64,000 bases of DNA from an uncultured bacterium (lineage in GTDB: Bacteria; Krumholzibacteriota; Krumholzibacteriia; JAJRXK01). Under the pieces are notes generated by a model. The model did not search any database. It was not told the origin of the DNA and saw only the letters and a program-made list of their open reading frames with translations. Each line of letters starts with the position of its first letter. Within the stretch, counting starts at the first letter, position 1. A program made the translations under genes and the position numbers. The stretch is taken from contig CAZRMV010000001.1 of the NCBI GenBank assembly GCA_964601275.1, positions 205,290 through 269,289 of the forward strand. Reading direction: 5' to 3'. Positions 39,951 through 50,165 of this stretch are shown one piece after another.

Positions 39951-42407
39951 TCAGCGGACCACCACCAGGCGCCGGGTGTCGCGGTCGCCCGCGGCCACCA
40001 GCTTGGCCAGGTACACGCCGGAGGCGACGCTACGCCCGGACCCATCCCGGCCGTCCCAGTGCACGGTATGGCTTCCCGCCTCCATCGGGCCGCTCACCAG
40101 GCGGCGCACCAACCGTCCCGCGACATCGTAGATCGCGACGCTCACCTCGCCCCGCCGGGACAGGTGGTAGACCAGGCTGGTGCGCCCCACGGTGGGATTG
40201 GGGTAGGAGCTCTCGAACCAGGCCCGGCTGGAACCCGATTTCGGCTGCACTTGAGGAGTGGGCGTTCCGTCGGGAACCTTCTCCAGGGCCACCAGCGACA
40301 TCGCCGGCAGATCCAGCGCGACGCTCTGGGAGAAGATATCGTAGGCGATGGCCTCGGCGTTGAAGTAGGGAGGCATTCCCTGCCCCGAGCCTTCGTAGCG
40401 GGCGTCCTGGGAATGGATGGCCACGCGCCAGGTCCCGGCCAGGGGAAGCCCTATCCGGTAGCTGCCGTAGTCGGTGTTGGAGAAGTTGGCGACGCACACC
40501 ACCACGTTTCCATTGAGGTCGTAGCGCTGGAAGGCGATGACGTTGCCGCTCTCGTTCATGTGGAAGACCTGGTGGGGCGCCCCGGCCCGCAGCGCGGGAT
40601 TGGTCTTCCGCAGGGCGATGAGATCCTGGTAGTAGCGGTAGATGCCGGCATAGGTGGTCTTCTTGCTCCAGTCGATGCGGTCGGCGAAGTTCGGGCCCCA
40701 GCCGATGCTCTCCAGCCACTCGGTTCCCTGCAGGATGGCGGGAATCCCCGGGGCCAGGAAGACGAGCCCCTCACCCAGCTTGGTCCTTCCCTTGGCGTAC
40801 TGGTCATCGTGGGGGAAGGTGGTGTCGACGATCGTCACGAACCGCTGACCGCCGCTCTCGACCCAGGCTTCGTCGTGCAGCTCGAGATAGTTGAGCACCC
40901 AGCGGCCGCTGAGATAGCTGCCGCCGCCGTTGATGATGTTGCGGATGACATACATCTGCGGATCACCCAGGGCCGCGGTGATGAGCTGCTGGCGCAGGTT
41001 GTCGGTGAAGTAGTCATAGTACTGGGCGTCGAAACCCGCCCCCCCCGACGATGTCGGGGTGGTGACGGCGGCATCGTCGGGAAGCTGCTCGGCGATCACC
41101 ACCTTGTCGACGAAACGTCGATCGACCATGTCGTTGAGCTCTTTCATGAGCAGCCATCCCGAAGCGCCCTGGACTCCATTCTTCATGAAGTCGGCCCCAT
41201 CCATCCGGAAACCGTCCACGTGGTATTCCTCCAACCACATGAGGGCCGAGTCGAGGAAATAGTCGCGCACCTGGGGATTGTCGAAATCGGCCTGGCTGCC
41301 CCAGGGGGTATCGACCGCCGGAGTGTCGAAGTAGATCTGCGAACCGTCGTAGTTCCAAAGGTAGTTGTCGGTGGCGGAGAAGTGGTTCCATACGAGGTCC
41401 ACCAGGACGGCGATTCCGTTCTGGTGGAAGGCGTCCACCATCTGCTTGAACTGGTCCGGGGTGCCGTACTTCCACTCGGGAGCGTACTGGCTGATCGGAT
41501 TGTACCCGGCCGAGATATCTCCGGCGAACTCGGTGATGGGATTGAGCATCACCGTGTTCACGCCCAGTTCGGCCAGAAGGGACGCGCGGGCCGCGATATC
41601 GACGTAGCGGGCGGGAAACGGCGTGGTTCCCACCGGATCATTGCGGCCGGCCCAGGTTCCCACATGCAGTTGGTAGATGACCATCTCCTCCAGGGGGGGA
41701 GTGGCGAAATCCTGGACCACCCAGGAGTAACCCTGGGGATCCTCGACGAAGGAATTGAGATTGTTGCTGGGGTCGAGTCCCCGCGCCCTCGCGTCGGCGT
41801 TCCACACCGAATTGTTGAAGTAGTACTTGTACTGCTGGCGCGAAGAGACCGAGGGAACCAGGGCGATGAAATAGGGGTCGACCCTCTGCATGAGATTGGC
41901 CAGGCCCCAGGAATTGAAGTCTCCGCGCACATAGCAGGTGCTGCGCGTCGGCGACCACACCTTGAACACCGCGCCTCCTCCGCTGGTGAGCGTCGCTCCC
42001 AAGGGCGCATGGGAGAGATGCACGTAGTCCATCAGCCAGCGATTGGTCGGAGGGAGGTCACTGACCCCGTCGGGACCGATGTAGTCGGTATCCGCTCCGT
42101 CGGTCACCTCGATGAGGTAGTAGAGGGTATCGGCGGTGGTCGCCGGTACGGTGGCTTCCCACTGGTCGTAGGGACCGCGGGTTCCCACCACGGCGGCGTC
42201 CACCCACTGCACCGTTCCGTCATCGACCTGGACGCGGGCCACGGTCAGATCGTTCTGGTAGGACTGGAAGCGAACGGTGAAGCTTTCGCCGGCCACGGGA
42301 CAACGGGGTTGCCGGTCGAGCTCGGCCTCGTGGGACAGGCCATTCCATTCGACGTTGCCGTCGGCGGTGGCCAGAACGGTCAGCAGGAGCCAGGGAAGGA
42401 GGTTCAT
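39951..42407 (-). CDS. Secreted 1,4-alpha-glucan branching-enzyme-like GH13 protein (CBM48 + GH13 catalytic core) with a C-terminal T9SS type-A sorting domain
   Basis: Signal peptide MNLLPWLLLTVLATADG (ATG 42407). VWSPTRSTCYVRGDFNSW (CBM48-like), IYQLHVGTW, DGFRMDGADFM, LELHDE GlgB-like motifs. C-terminus ...GSHTVHWDGRDGSGRSVASGVYLAKLVAAGDRDTRRLVVVR. Confidence 0.85.
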   Translation of the reverse strand: MNLLPWLLLTVLATADGNVEWNGLSHEAELDRQPRCPVAGESFTVRFQSYQNDLTVARVQVDDGTVQWVDAAVVGTRGPYDQWEATVPATTADTLYYLIEVTDGADTDYIGPDGVSDLPPTNRWLMDYVHLSHAPLGATLTSGGGAVFKVWSPTRSTCYVRGDFNSWGLANLMQRVDPYFIALVPSVSSRQQYKYYFNNSVWNADARARGLDPSNNLNSFVEDPQGYSWVVQDFATPPLEEMVIYQLHVGTWAGRNDPVGTTPFPARYVDIAARASLLAELGVNTVMLNPITEFAGDISAGYNPISQYAPEWKYGTPDQFKQMVDAFHQNGIAVLVDLVWNHFSATDNYLWNYDGSQIYFDTPAVDTPWGSQADFDNPQVRDYFLDSALMWLEEYHVDGFRMDGADFMKNGVQGASGWLLMKELNDMVDRRFVDKVVIAEQLPDDAAVTTPTSSGGAGFDAQYYDYFTDNLRQQLITAALGDPQMYVIRNIINGGGSYLSGRWVLNYLELHDEAWVESGGQRFVTIVDTTFPHDDQYAKGRTKLGEGLVFLAPGIPAILQGTEWLESIGWGPNFADRIDWSKKTTYAGIYRYYQDLIALRKTNPALRAGAPHQVFHMNESGNVIAFQRYDLNGNVVVCVANFSNTDYGSYRIGLPLAGTWRVAIHSQDARYEGSGQGMPPYFNAEAIAYDIFSQSVALDLPAMSLVALEKVPDGTPTPQVQPKSGSSRAWFESSYPNPTVGRTSLVYHLSRRGEVSVAIYDVAGRLVRRLVSGPMEAGSHTVHWDGRDGSGRSVASGVYLAKLVAAGDRDTRRLVVVR

Positions 42408-42604
42408 CACTACTCCGGGAGCCAAAGGATGCGCTGCGTCGGCTCGCCGGCCGAAGAACGCAGGAGGGGAGCCGCAGTGGATTCGCGCCGGGTCGGCCGT
42501 CGTCTCTTCCGATCGAGGGCAGACCGCGCTCCACAAAGTATACTGGAAATGCGGGATTCCGGTATGGACCGGATCGGGTGGATCGGAGAAAGACCGGTCC
42601 CGCC

Positions 42605-43717
42605 TCAGGAGGCCTGGAAGAGAAGGCGCTTGCCGTCGCGGGGATCGAAGAAATGGGCCCGGGACAGGCGCAGACGCAGGTCGACCTCCTGGTCGACGGC
42701 AACCGGGACATCGGGCGTGATGCGGCTGATGAAGGTCTCCTCGCCCAGGCGCCAGTAGAGCAGGGTCTCGCTGCCCAAGGGTTCGATCACGTCGATGGTC
42801 GAGCGTAGGCGGGCGCCGAAGGTTCCCTCGCGGTCCGCGGTGGCGAGAGGGATGTCCTCCGGCCGCAACCCGAGGACCAGCTTCTTTCCCATCCACTCGT
42901 CCCATGCCGGGGGGATGGTTCCCTCCAGGGGCAGGCGCCGTCCGGCCAGCTCGAGGAAGCCGCCTTCCTCGCCGTGGAGCGAGACGGTCCAGAAGTTCAT
43001 GCGCGGAGTGCCCACGAAGCCGGCCACGAAACGATTCGCCGGCCGCTCGTAGAGTTCCATCGGGGTGGCGATCTGCTGGATCTCTCCCTTCTCGATGACC
43101 GCGATGCGCGTGCCCATGGTCATGGCCTCCACCTGGTCGTGGGTCACGTAGATCATGGTCGCGCCCAGGCGGTGATGCAGGCGGGAGATCTCAGTCCGCA
43201 TGTCCGTCCGCATATCCGGGTCGAGATTGCTCAGCGGCTCATCGAAGAGGAACACCCGGGGCTGGCGGACAATGGCCCGTCCCACCGCCACCCGCTGCCG
43301 CTGCCCACCGCTCAGTTGACCCGGCTTGCGATCAAGCATTTCCGTGATGCCCAGGATCCCAGCTGCGGCGCGCACGCGTTCGTCGATCTCCTTCCGCGGA
43401 GTCTTCCGGATGCGCAGGCTGAGCGACATGTTCTCGTACACACTCATGTGCGGGTAGAGGGCGTAGTTCTGGAACACCATGGCGATGTCGCGCTGGCGCG
43501 GCGGGACATCGTTGACCACCTCGCCGTCGATGCGGATCTCTCCCTCGCTGACCTCTTCCAGTCCGGCAACCATCCTCAACAGGGTGGATTTGCCGCAGCC
43601 GGAGGGGCCGACCAGCACCATGAACTCGCGGTCGGCGACGGCGAAGGTGGCGTCACGCACCGCGGTGACACCTCCTTCGTAGACCTTGCTGACGTGATCG
43701 AGGGTGACCTGGGCCAT
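42605..43717 (-). CDS. Sugar ABC transporter ATP-binding protein (MalK/UgpC/MsmX type, with C-terminal TOBE-like domain)
   Basis: GPSGCGKST, LSGGQRQRVAVGRAI, LFDEPLSNLD. Start ATG 43717 (MAQVTLDHVSKVY) with GGGAG SD. No permease or SBP gene adjacent. Confidence 0.9.
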   Translation of the reverse strand: MAQVTLDHVSKVYEGGVTAVRDATFAVADREFMVLVGPSGCGKSTLLRMVAGLEEVSEGEIRIDGEVVNDVPPRQRDIAMVFQNYALYPHMSVYENMSLSLRIRKTPRKEIDERVRAAAGILGITEMLDRKPGQLSGGQRQRVAVGRAIVRQPRVFLFDEPLSNLDPDMRTDMRTEISRLHHRLGATMIYVTHDQVEAMTMGTRIAVIEKGEIQQIATPMELYERPANRFVAGFVGTPRMNFWTVSLHGEEGGFLELAGRRLPLEGTIPPAWDEWMGKKLVLGLRPEDIPLATADREGTFGARLRSTIDVIEPLGSETLLYWRLGEETFISRITPDVPVAVDQEVDLRLRLSRAHFFDPRDGKRLLFQAS

Positions 43718-43831
43718 CGAGGGCTCCCTGGCTGGAAGTGGGGACGGCGCGCCGCCGCAGTCTATCACGGCCCGGCGGCGGACCGTCAACGGGAGAGGTC
43801 GAATCGGTCGACGGGAGAAGACGGCGGCGGG

Positions 43832-46800
43832 TCACCGGACCATGGTGAGCTTCCTGGTCTCCACCCGATCGCCCGCTCGCAAGCGCGCGAAGTACACCCC
43901 GCTGGCCAGGGGGCGGCCTCTGCCGTCGCGGCCATTCCAGACCACCTGGTGTTCCCCGGCCGCTTGGTTCGCGTCCAGCAGGTGCACCACCACCCGCCCC
44001 GCGGGGTCGAGGATGCTCAGGGACACCGTGCCGGCGTCGGGCACGCGATAGTCCAGGACGACCCGGGGGTTGAAGGGGTTGGGATGGGCCCGCAAGAGAA
44101 GCGGCCCCCGGCGGATCGCCGGGCTTGCCGTGGCGGTGGTTCCAACGATGCGCACGATCCGGGGAGGGGCGTTGCTGCCGGGGTTGGTGATGCTCTCCGC
44201 GCCGCCGGGATCGAGGATGTAGAGCGAGCCGTCGCTGCCGAAGGCGAGGACATCGCTGCCGTAGAGGTTCTCGAATCCCTCGGCGAAGACCGAGACGCTT
44301 CCGTCCGGCTGCACCACGAGGATGCGTTCGTTCACGGCGTCGGCCAGGTAGGCCACCCCTTCACCGAATGCCCCCCGTGGGGCGAAGGCCACGTCGATGG
44401 CCCCGGAGACCAGCGGATCATCCACCCAGATCGAGACCTTGCCCGCCGCGTCCACCCGGAAGACGCGCCCCGTGGAGCCTCCCTGGAGATCGGGATCGCA
44501 GACGATGAGCTGCCCGGCCCACGGATGACCGGCCGGGGCCGGCGCCATTCCCCGCGGGTTGGTCATGCCGGTTGCCCACAGACTGCCGCTGCCGTCGCCT
44601 GCGATGCGATAGATTCCCCCGCCCTCCGGAGACGAGAGGTAGGCCCAGCCGGCCAGCGCGCCGGTTCCCGTGACCACGGCCTCGCAATGGGTGGGGGAGG
44701 GGAAGAGAACCGACCACACCCCATCGCCGTCCCGCCGCAGCAGGTTCAAGGGCGTCGAGACGAAGAGGTCTCCTCCGAGCTTTCCAGTGGTGTCCTGGTC
44801 GATCGAAAGCACCACGTCGAGGAACTCGGGTCGGACCGCACCACTGGACACCCGCTGGTTCGCGTCGACCTCGAGGATCCTCCGGCGGGTCACGTCCCCC
44901 ACGAGGAGGCGGTCCATGCGGGGGGAGGGTCCCCAGGGGTCGGCGGGAAGGATCTCGACTCCCAGGGGATGATGCAGGTTGAAGGGGGCGCGGACCCGGA
45001 CCGCGAAACCCGGCGGAAGGGTGAGCCCGGCGTTTCCCAGGGCGGAGTGGAACACGCTCTTGAAGGGCACCGGGGTGGCGCTTCCATCCTGCGCGGGGAG
45101 TCCGGCGTCGACGGTCAGTTGCCAGGTGCCGCCGTCAGGCCAGGGGGTGGTGAGGGTGAGCACCGCGGTGTCGCCGTTGCGCCAGCTCAGGTGGAAGGGA
45201 ACGGGAGGGGTGAAGGAGAACCACGCCGAAGAGGAGGCCAGCATCGGCCGGTCGAAGTGGACCTCGATGGGCTGGTTGGGATCCTGGATCCACCCGTCGT
45301 GGTGGGGGTCCACGTTGACGACCCGGGGCGTCGTCGCCGCCGGGTCGAGGGTGAAGAGGTACGCGGAGCGGCTGGGCAACCGAAGGGTGATCTGTCCCCC
45401 CGCCTGCACGGTCACACTTTGCCGGGTTTGCAGTCGGTCATACACCACGGCTCCAACGGGCCAGCGGGCTGTGACAGTGACGGTGGTGTCCTGCCACGAG
45501 GTGTTCATGGCCACCAGGACGTCCCAGGTGAAGTGCTGCGGATGGGTGCGCAGGTACACCAGGGTTCCCGCGTCGTCCGCGTCGGCGGAGAGCACCTGGA
45601 GACCTCCCCGGCGCAGGGCCGCGAGCTCGTGCCGGAGATCCTGCAAGCGTCGGATGAGCGCGTAGAGCGGGGTGGCCATGTTGAAGCCGTCCCCCTGGCT
45701 GGGGCCGAAATCCCACTGGCCGTCCCAGAGATCCTCGCGGTTCCAGGGATCGCCGCCCCCGTCATATTCCTGTTCGGTGCCGTAGTAGACAATGGGCATC
45801 CCCGGCCAGGTCAATAGCCAGGTCAAGGCCTGACGCAAGAGGGTGTCGTCCTGTCTCGCCAAGCCCTGCGCGGCCAGGCGGCCCATGTCGTGGTTGTCGA
45901 AGAAGTTGCCGAGTTGCCACCGGACGCTCGGATCGTAGGAATTCGAATCGCCCATGACCCAGGACAGAATGGCGGGCGCTCCCTGGCCCGAAAACACCCA
46001 CCGGGCGGCGAAGGCCATGGGAAACCAGGTCACCGAGTTCAACGCGTAGGCGCCGCCGCCCTGGGTTCCGGTGTAGATTCCCACCTTGGCCGGGTCTCCG
46101 TCGAAGACTTCGCCCATCAGCAGGAAGTTGTCCTTTCCTTCGGCCGCGGCCGCCGCGCGGATCCGGGGTGCGAAGTCCTGCCAGAAGTCGAGTTCGACGT
46201 GCTTGACCGTATCGATGCGGAAACCGTCACAATCGGTTTGCCGGATCAACTGCGAATAGGCGTCGACCAGGATGTCGCGCACCGCGGGAAGCTCGGTTTT
46301 CAGGTCGTCGAGACCGAAGAGTTCACCGCGGATCTGCTCGGGGTCGGTGAAGTCCTGGATCTCGCCGAAGGAGTGATACCAGGAGAGATCGTCGAATGGG
46401 GGAGGATATCGGTCGCCGTTGTTCCACCAGCCGAGCTGGTAACTCCCCGAGGGATCGTAGGCCGGATAGGCGGGATCCGTTGATCCGATGAGATCGCCCA
46501 TGTGGTTGGCGACCACGTCCAGGATGACGTAGAGCCCCCGGGCATGGGCCGCCTGGACGAAGGTCTGCAACGCGGAGAGTCCTCCCATCTGGGGCGAGAT
46601 CGTGAACAGGTCGCGCGCCGCGTAGCCGTGGTATTCACCGTGCGTGTTGAGAACCACCGGGGAGATCCAGACCGCATCCACCCCCAGGCCTTCGATGTAA
46701 TCCAGCTTCTCCTGCAGGCCCTGGAAGTCGCCCCCGTGCGTACGGCTTCCATCGGCCGGATCGTAGCTGCCTCCCAGATTGTCATTCGATGGATCCCCGT

Positions 46801-46933
46801 TGCGGAAACGGTCGGTCACGATCTGGTAGATGGTGATGTCGCGCCAGGAGGCGGGTGAGGGAGTTCCGGCGAGGGCGGGCGATGTCCAGGTGAGGATCGC
46901 GCCCAGCGCGAGTGCGGTGTGCCGGAGGGTCAT
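43832..46933 (-). CDS. Secreted alpha-amylase-family (GH13) enzyme with a long beta-propeller-like extension and a C-terminal T9SS type-A sorting domain (1033 aa)
   Basis: Signal peptide MTLRHTALALGAILTWTSPALAG. GH13 motifs DVVANHMG, GFRIDTVKHV, EVFDGD, FFDNHD. C-terminus ...NPFNPRVVLDYRVPDAGTVSLSILDPAGRVVVHLLDANQAAGEHQVVWNGRDGRGRPLASGVYFARLRAGDRVETRKLTMVR. Confidence 0.85.
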   Translation of the reverse strand: MTLRHTALALGAILTWTSPALAGTPSPASWRDITIYQIVTDRFRNGDPSNDNLGGSYDPADGSRTHGGDFQGLQEKLDYIEGLGVDAVWISPVVLNTHGEYHGYAARDLFTISPQMGGLSALQTFVQAAHARGLYVILDVVANHMGDLIGSTDPAYPAYDPSGSYQLGWWNNGDRYPPPFDDLSWYHSFGEIQDFTDPEQIRGELFGLDDLKTELPAVRDILVDAYSQLIRQTDCDGFRIDTVKHVELDFWQDFAPRIRAAAAAEGKDNFLLMGEVFDGDPAKVGIYTGTQGGGAYALNSVTWFPMAFAARWVFSGQGAPAILSWVMGDSNSYDPSVRWQLGNFFDNHDMGRLAAQGLARQDDTLLRQALTWLLTWPGMPIVYYGTEQEYDGGGDPWNREDLWDGQWDFGPSQGDGFNMATPLYALIRRLQDLRHELAALRRGGLQVLSADADDAGTLVYLRTHPQHFTWDVLVAMNTSWQDTTVTVTARWPVGAVVYDRLQTRQSVTVQAGGQITLRLPSRSAYLFTLDPAATTPRVVNVDPHHDGWIQDPNQPIEVHFDRPMLASSSAWFSFTPPVPFHLSWRNGDTAVLTLTTPWPDGGTWQLTVDAGLPAQDGSATPVPFKSVFHSALGNAGLTLPPGFAVRVRAPFNLHHPLGVEILPADPWGPSPRMDRLLVGDVTRRRILEVDANQRVSSGAVRPEFLDVVLSIDQDTTGKLGGDLFVSTPLNLLRRDGDGVWSVLFPSPTHCEAVVTGTGALAGWAYLSSPEGGGIYRIAGDGSGSLWATGMTNPRGMAPAPAGHPWAGQLIVCDPDLQGGSTGRVFRVDAAGKVSIWVDDPLVSGAIDVAFAPRGAFGEGVAYLADAVNERILVVQPDGSVSVFAEGFENLYGSDVLAFGSDGSLYILDPGGAESITNPGSNAPPRIVRIVGTTATASPAIRRGPLLLRAHPNPFNPRVVLDYRVPDAGTVSLSILDPAGRVVVHLLDANQAAGEHQVVWNGRDGRGRPLASGVYFARLRAGDRVETRKLTMVR

Positions 46934-47137
46934 CGGTCGAAACCTCGAGGGGAAAGACCTCGACTCCCGCCGGATCTTCCGACTCGAAGGATCGTGCGTT
47001 GCGGTCGAGGAGTGGTCGAGACCACGAGAGTCTAGCACAACCGCGTGGATCCGGCGTTTCTGATTGTCGTTCGCATGGGATCAGGCTAGCCTTGGCGGCA
47101 TGTCGTGTCTGCGCGAAGACGGTCGGGAGGTCCGTGG

Positions 47138-48889
47138 ATGAGATCCTCGAGACCCATCGGCCTGGCCCTGTCGATGATCGCCCTGGGCTGGGCTGTCTTC
47201 GGTTCCATCGGGACCGCCCGTGGCGCGGGCGAGGACGGGTCCAGCCGGGTCCGGCTCTCCCAACCGGTGGTGGGGGAACCGGGCCGCACGCTCATCCGGG
47301 AAGACACCAACGGCTCGGAAGGCGTCGACGCGCTCCGAAACCGCATCGATCGGGATCTCGAGGCGCTGGACCGCTACGAGAAGCGTCTTGCCCACGCCAG
47401 CCGGGAGGACAGCCTCGTCCTGCGGCGCCAGATCGCGCATCGGCAGGTCTCGGCCCTTCGCGCGCTCCATCGCCTCGCTGGCATGCTGATGGAGATGGAG
47501 AAGGAAGGCGAACAGCCGAAGTTGCGCAGGGATGTGGAGACGAGATTCGCCACGGTGACCCCGCTGTTGCAACCCTATGTCGATGCCCTTCGCGAGGAGA
47601 TCGACGAACTGCGCGCGCGACGGTGGGAAACCCCGGTAGGGCGTCGCCTCGACCTGGAGAACCACATTGCCAAGCAAACCGGGTTCCTGGACGAGGTCTA
47701 CCGGATCTATCTCGATCACCTCGCGAAGGAAGAATTGCTCGGCTTGGGCGATTCCACTGAAGTGGCCCGGCTCAAGCGTTCCCTGATGGATCGGGCGGAC
47801 GAACTCTCCGGGAGGTTGGACTATGCTCTCGAGCGCGCGAATGAACTGAAGAATCAGTACAAGACCGATTCGTCGAACCAAGACCTTCCCATCCTGATCA
47901 GCGCGGTGAAGATCACCGTGGAGACGAATGTGTCGAGCCTGCAGGCCAGCGTCGACCTGATGGACAAGCTCGACCTGCCCACCAGCACCTACCGCGCGCA
48001 ACTCGTCGCGGCGACCCGGGACATCAGTTCGGGGATCTTCGATGTCAACGTCGTGAGCAGTCTCCTCGGCCAGGCCATGGATTCCCTGGGCGCCTGGTTC
48101 CGAAGGAACGGCCCCCGCCTGCTCATCAAGGTCCTGCTCTTCGCGCTCATCCTCTTCGCGTTCAGGACCCTGGCGAAACTCGTCCGGAGGGCTCTCGATC
48201 ACGCGCTCGGTTCGGCGAAGGTCAAGACCACCCAACTGCTGCGGCGGATGATCGTCAACACGACCTACAACCTGATCATGTTCATGGGGCTCCTGATCGG
48301 CCTCGCCCAGTTCGGGATCAGTATCGGGCCACTCATGGCCGGCCTGGGAGTCGCCGGGTTCATCATCGGTTTCGCCCTGCAGGACACGCTGGCGAATTTC
48401 GCTTCGGGGATGATGATCCTGTTCTACCGGCCCTATGACGTGGGGGACGTGGTGGAGATCGGCGGAGTGTTCGGAAAGGTCGACAAGATGAGCCTCGTTT
48501 CGACCAACATCCTCACTCTCGACCACCAGACCATGGTGGTTCCCAACAACAAGATCTGGGGCGACGTCATCAAGAACGTCACCGATCAGAGGATCCGGAG
48601 GGTCGACCTGGTCTTCGGCATCTCCTACAGCGACGATGTCGAGAAGGCGGAGAGGGTGCTGATGGAGATCCTCCAGGACAGTGAGAAGATCCTGGACAAC
48701 CCGGCCCCGGTGGTCCGGCTGCACGAGTTGGCCGACTCCTCGGTGAACTTCGTCGTGCGTCCGTGGGCGAAGACCGAGGACTACTGGGAGGTGTACTGGG
48801 ACGTCACCCGGAAGGTGAAGATGCGCTTCGACGAGGAGGGGATCTCCATCCCGTTCCCGCAGCGGGATGTGCATCTGCGGAAGGATTGA
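47138..48889 (+). CDS. Mechanosensitive ion channel (MscS family) with a large N-terminal periplasmic coiled-coil domain
   Basis: GGGAGG 7 nt upstream of ATG 47138. MscS core ...GFALQDTLANFASGMMILFYRPYDVGDVVEIGGVFGKVDKMSLVSTNILTLDHQTMVVPNNKI. Confidence 0.85.
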   Translation: MRSSRPIGLALSMIALGWAVFGSIGTARGAGEDGSSRVRLSQPVVGEPGRTLIREDTNGSEGVDALRNRIDRDLEALDRYEKRLAHASREDSLVLRRQIAHRQVSALRALHRLAGMLMEMEKEGEQPKLRRDVETRFATVTPLLQPYVDALREEIDELRARRWETPVGRRLDLENHIAKQTGFLDEVYRIYLDHLAKEELLGLGDSTEVARLKRSLMDRADELSGRLDYALERANELKNQYKTDSSNQDLPILISAVKITVETNVSSLQASVDLMDKLDLPTSTYRAQLVAATRDISSGIFDVNVVSSLLGQAMDSLGAWFRRNGPRLLIKVLLFALILFAFRTLAKLVRRALDHALGSAKVKTTQLLRRMIVNTTYNLIMFMGLLIGLAQFGISIGPLMAGLGVAGFIIGFALQDTLANFASGMMILFYRPYDVGDVVEIGGVFGKVDKMSLVSTNILTLDHQTMVVPNNKIWGDVIKNVTDQRIRRVDLVFGISYSDDVEKAERVLMEILQDSEKILDNPAPVVRLHELADSSVNFVVRPWAKTEDYWEVYWDVTRKVKMRFDEEGISIPFPQRDVHLRKD

Positions 48890-48967
48890 GAGCCCTTGGA
48901 ATCAGGGGCCGGAAAGTGGTAGTCTGGAAACGGTTGGGCCATCAAGCCTTGGCCGGGAGGTACCCGG

Positions 48968-50044
48968 ATGATTCCTGCGCGCTGCCTCGCCAGAAGGGTC
49001 GAGTCTCCTCGACGGGCCACCGTTTTCTCACTTGTCTTCTTCCTTCTGAGCTTGGTTCGACCCGTCTTCGTCGCCGCTCAGCAACCGACCATCGGGGTCT
49101 ATCTCGATGAGGGGGCAACCGTCAACTGGGGGACGGTAGCGACAGGTTCGCAGCTCGATTTCTACGTGGTTGCCTTCGATCCTCCATCCACCCTTTTGCA
49201 CTATGGCTTTTCAATCTCGACTTCCATCGCATCCGACCTCATTCTGATCCTGGGTCAGGATTCTCCCTACCTTTCCCGAGCGATGACTCGCGATCTCCAT
49301 TTCGATGTCATCCTCCCTGCGTGCGCTACGGTCGGTCGGAAAGTGCTGTTGGGTCATGTGAAGGTTTTCTTTTCCTCCGCCTCCCAGGACATGTACTTCT
49401 GCCTGGTTCCGTTGGAGGGAGATTCCGCCCCGCGCTGGATGGATTGCAGCGACACGAGCGTCGATCTGCTTCCCGCCACCAACAATTCCGGCGGAACCCT
49501 CCCCGAAGCTTGCGTGGTTCTCAATCCCAGCTTTCTACCTCCTTCTCCCCAAGTCTTTCCTCTCCGCCTGAACCCGAAAGATGCCTTCCCGGTCCTCAGT
49601 TCTGACTTTTCGATGGAGATTGGATCGGGCAGTTCCGTTCTGGTCTCGACCGACCCACTTTCCAGCAAGGCCAACCATGACATCAGCATGGTCACCATGC
49701 ACCTCGCATGGGATCGATCGCAGTATCCCTTTCGAGGTGTCCGCCAGGGACCGGCCGGTCTCGATTGGGACCTGAACTGGCAAGTGGATTCCACGGGGGT
49801 GACGGTGACGATCGAGGCGGCAACGGATTTCATTCCCCATTGGAATGACCCTCTCATCTACCTCGATCTCCGTAGCTGGAAGACGTCGATGAGGACACCA
49901 GTGACCATCGATGCAAGCTACGCGGAGTATGCGGATGGCACGGAATGTCCATCGTCGGGAGGAACGGGGATCCTGACGCCCATCGTCGCCGATCCCACCG
50001 ATCTCATGAGTTGGGGCGCGATGAAAGCGCAATACGGAGAGTAG
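48968..50044 (+). CDS. Hypothetical secreted protein in a locally low-GC segment
   Basis: GGGAGG SD and a signal peptide. Visibly T/A-rich codons (ttt, att, tct) compared with neighbours. No recognisable family. Confidence 0.6.
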   Translation: MIPARCLARRVESPRRATVFSLVFFLLSLVRPVFVAAQQPTIGVYLDEGATVNWGTVATGSQLDFYVVAFDPPSTLLHYGFSISTSIASDLILILGQDSPYLSRAMTRDLHFDVILPACATVGRKVLLGHVKVFFSSASQDMYFCLVPLEGDSAPRWMDCSDTSVDLLPATNNSGGTLPEACVVLNPSFLPPSPQVFPLRLNPKDAFPVLSSDFSMEIGSGSSVLVSTDPLSSKANHDISMVTMHLAWDRSQYPFRGVRQGPAGLDWDLNWQVDSTGVTVTIEAATDFIPHWNDPLIYLDLRSWKTSMRTPVTIDASYAEYADGTECPSSGGTGILTPIVADPTDLMSWGAMKAQYGE

Positions 50045-50165
50045 GGGATCTCTTTCAAGAGTGCCAGCCCGTCCCCTTCTCCCCTTCTCCTCTTGTCCCT
50101 GGTAAAGCGTCCTGTCCTATGCTACGCACTACTGGAGATCCCCTTCATGCCCGCGGAGGCGACGC

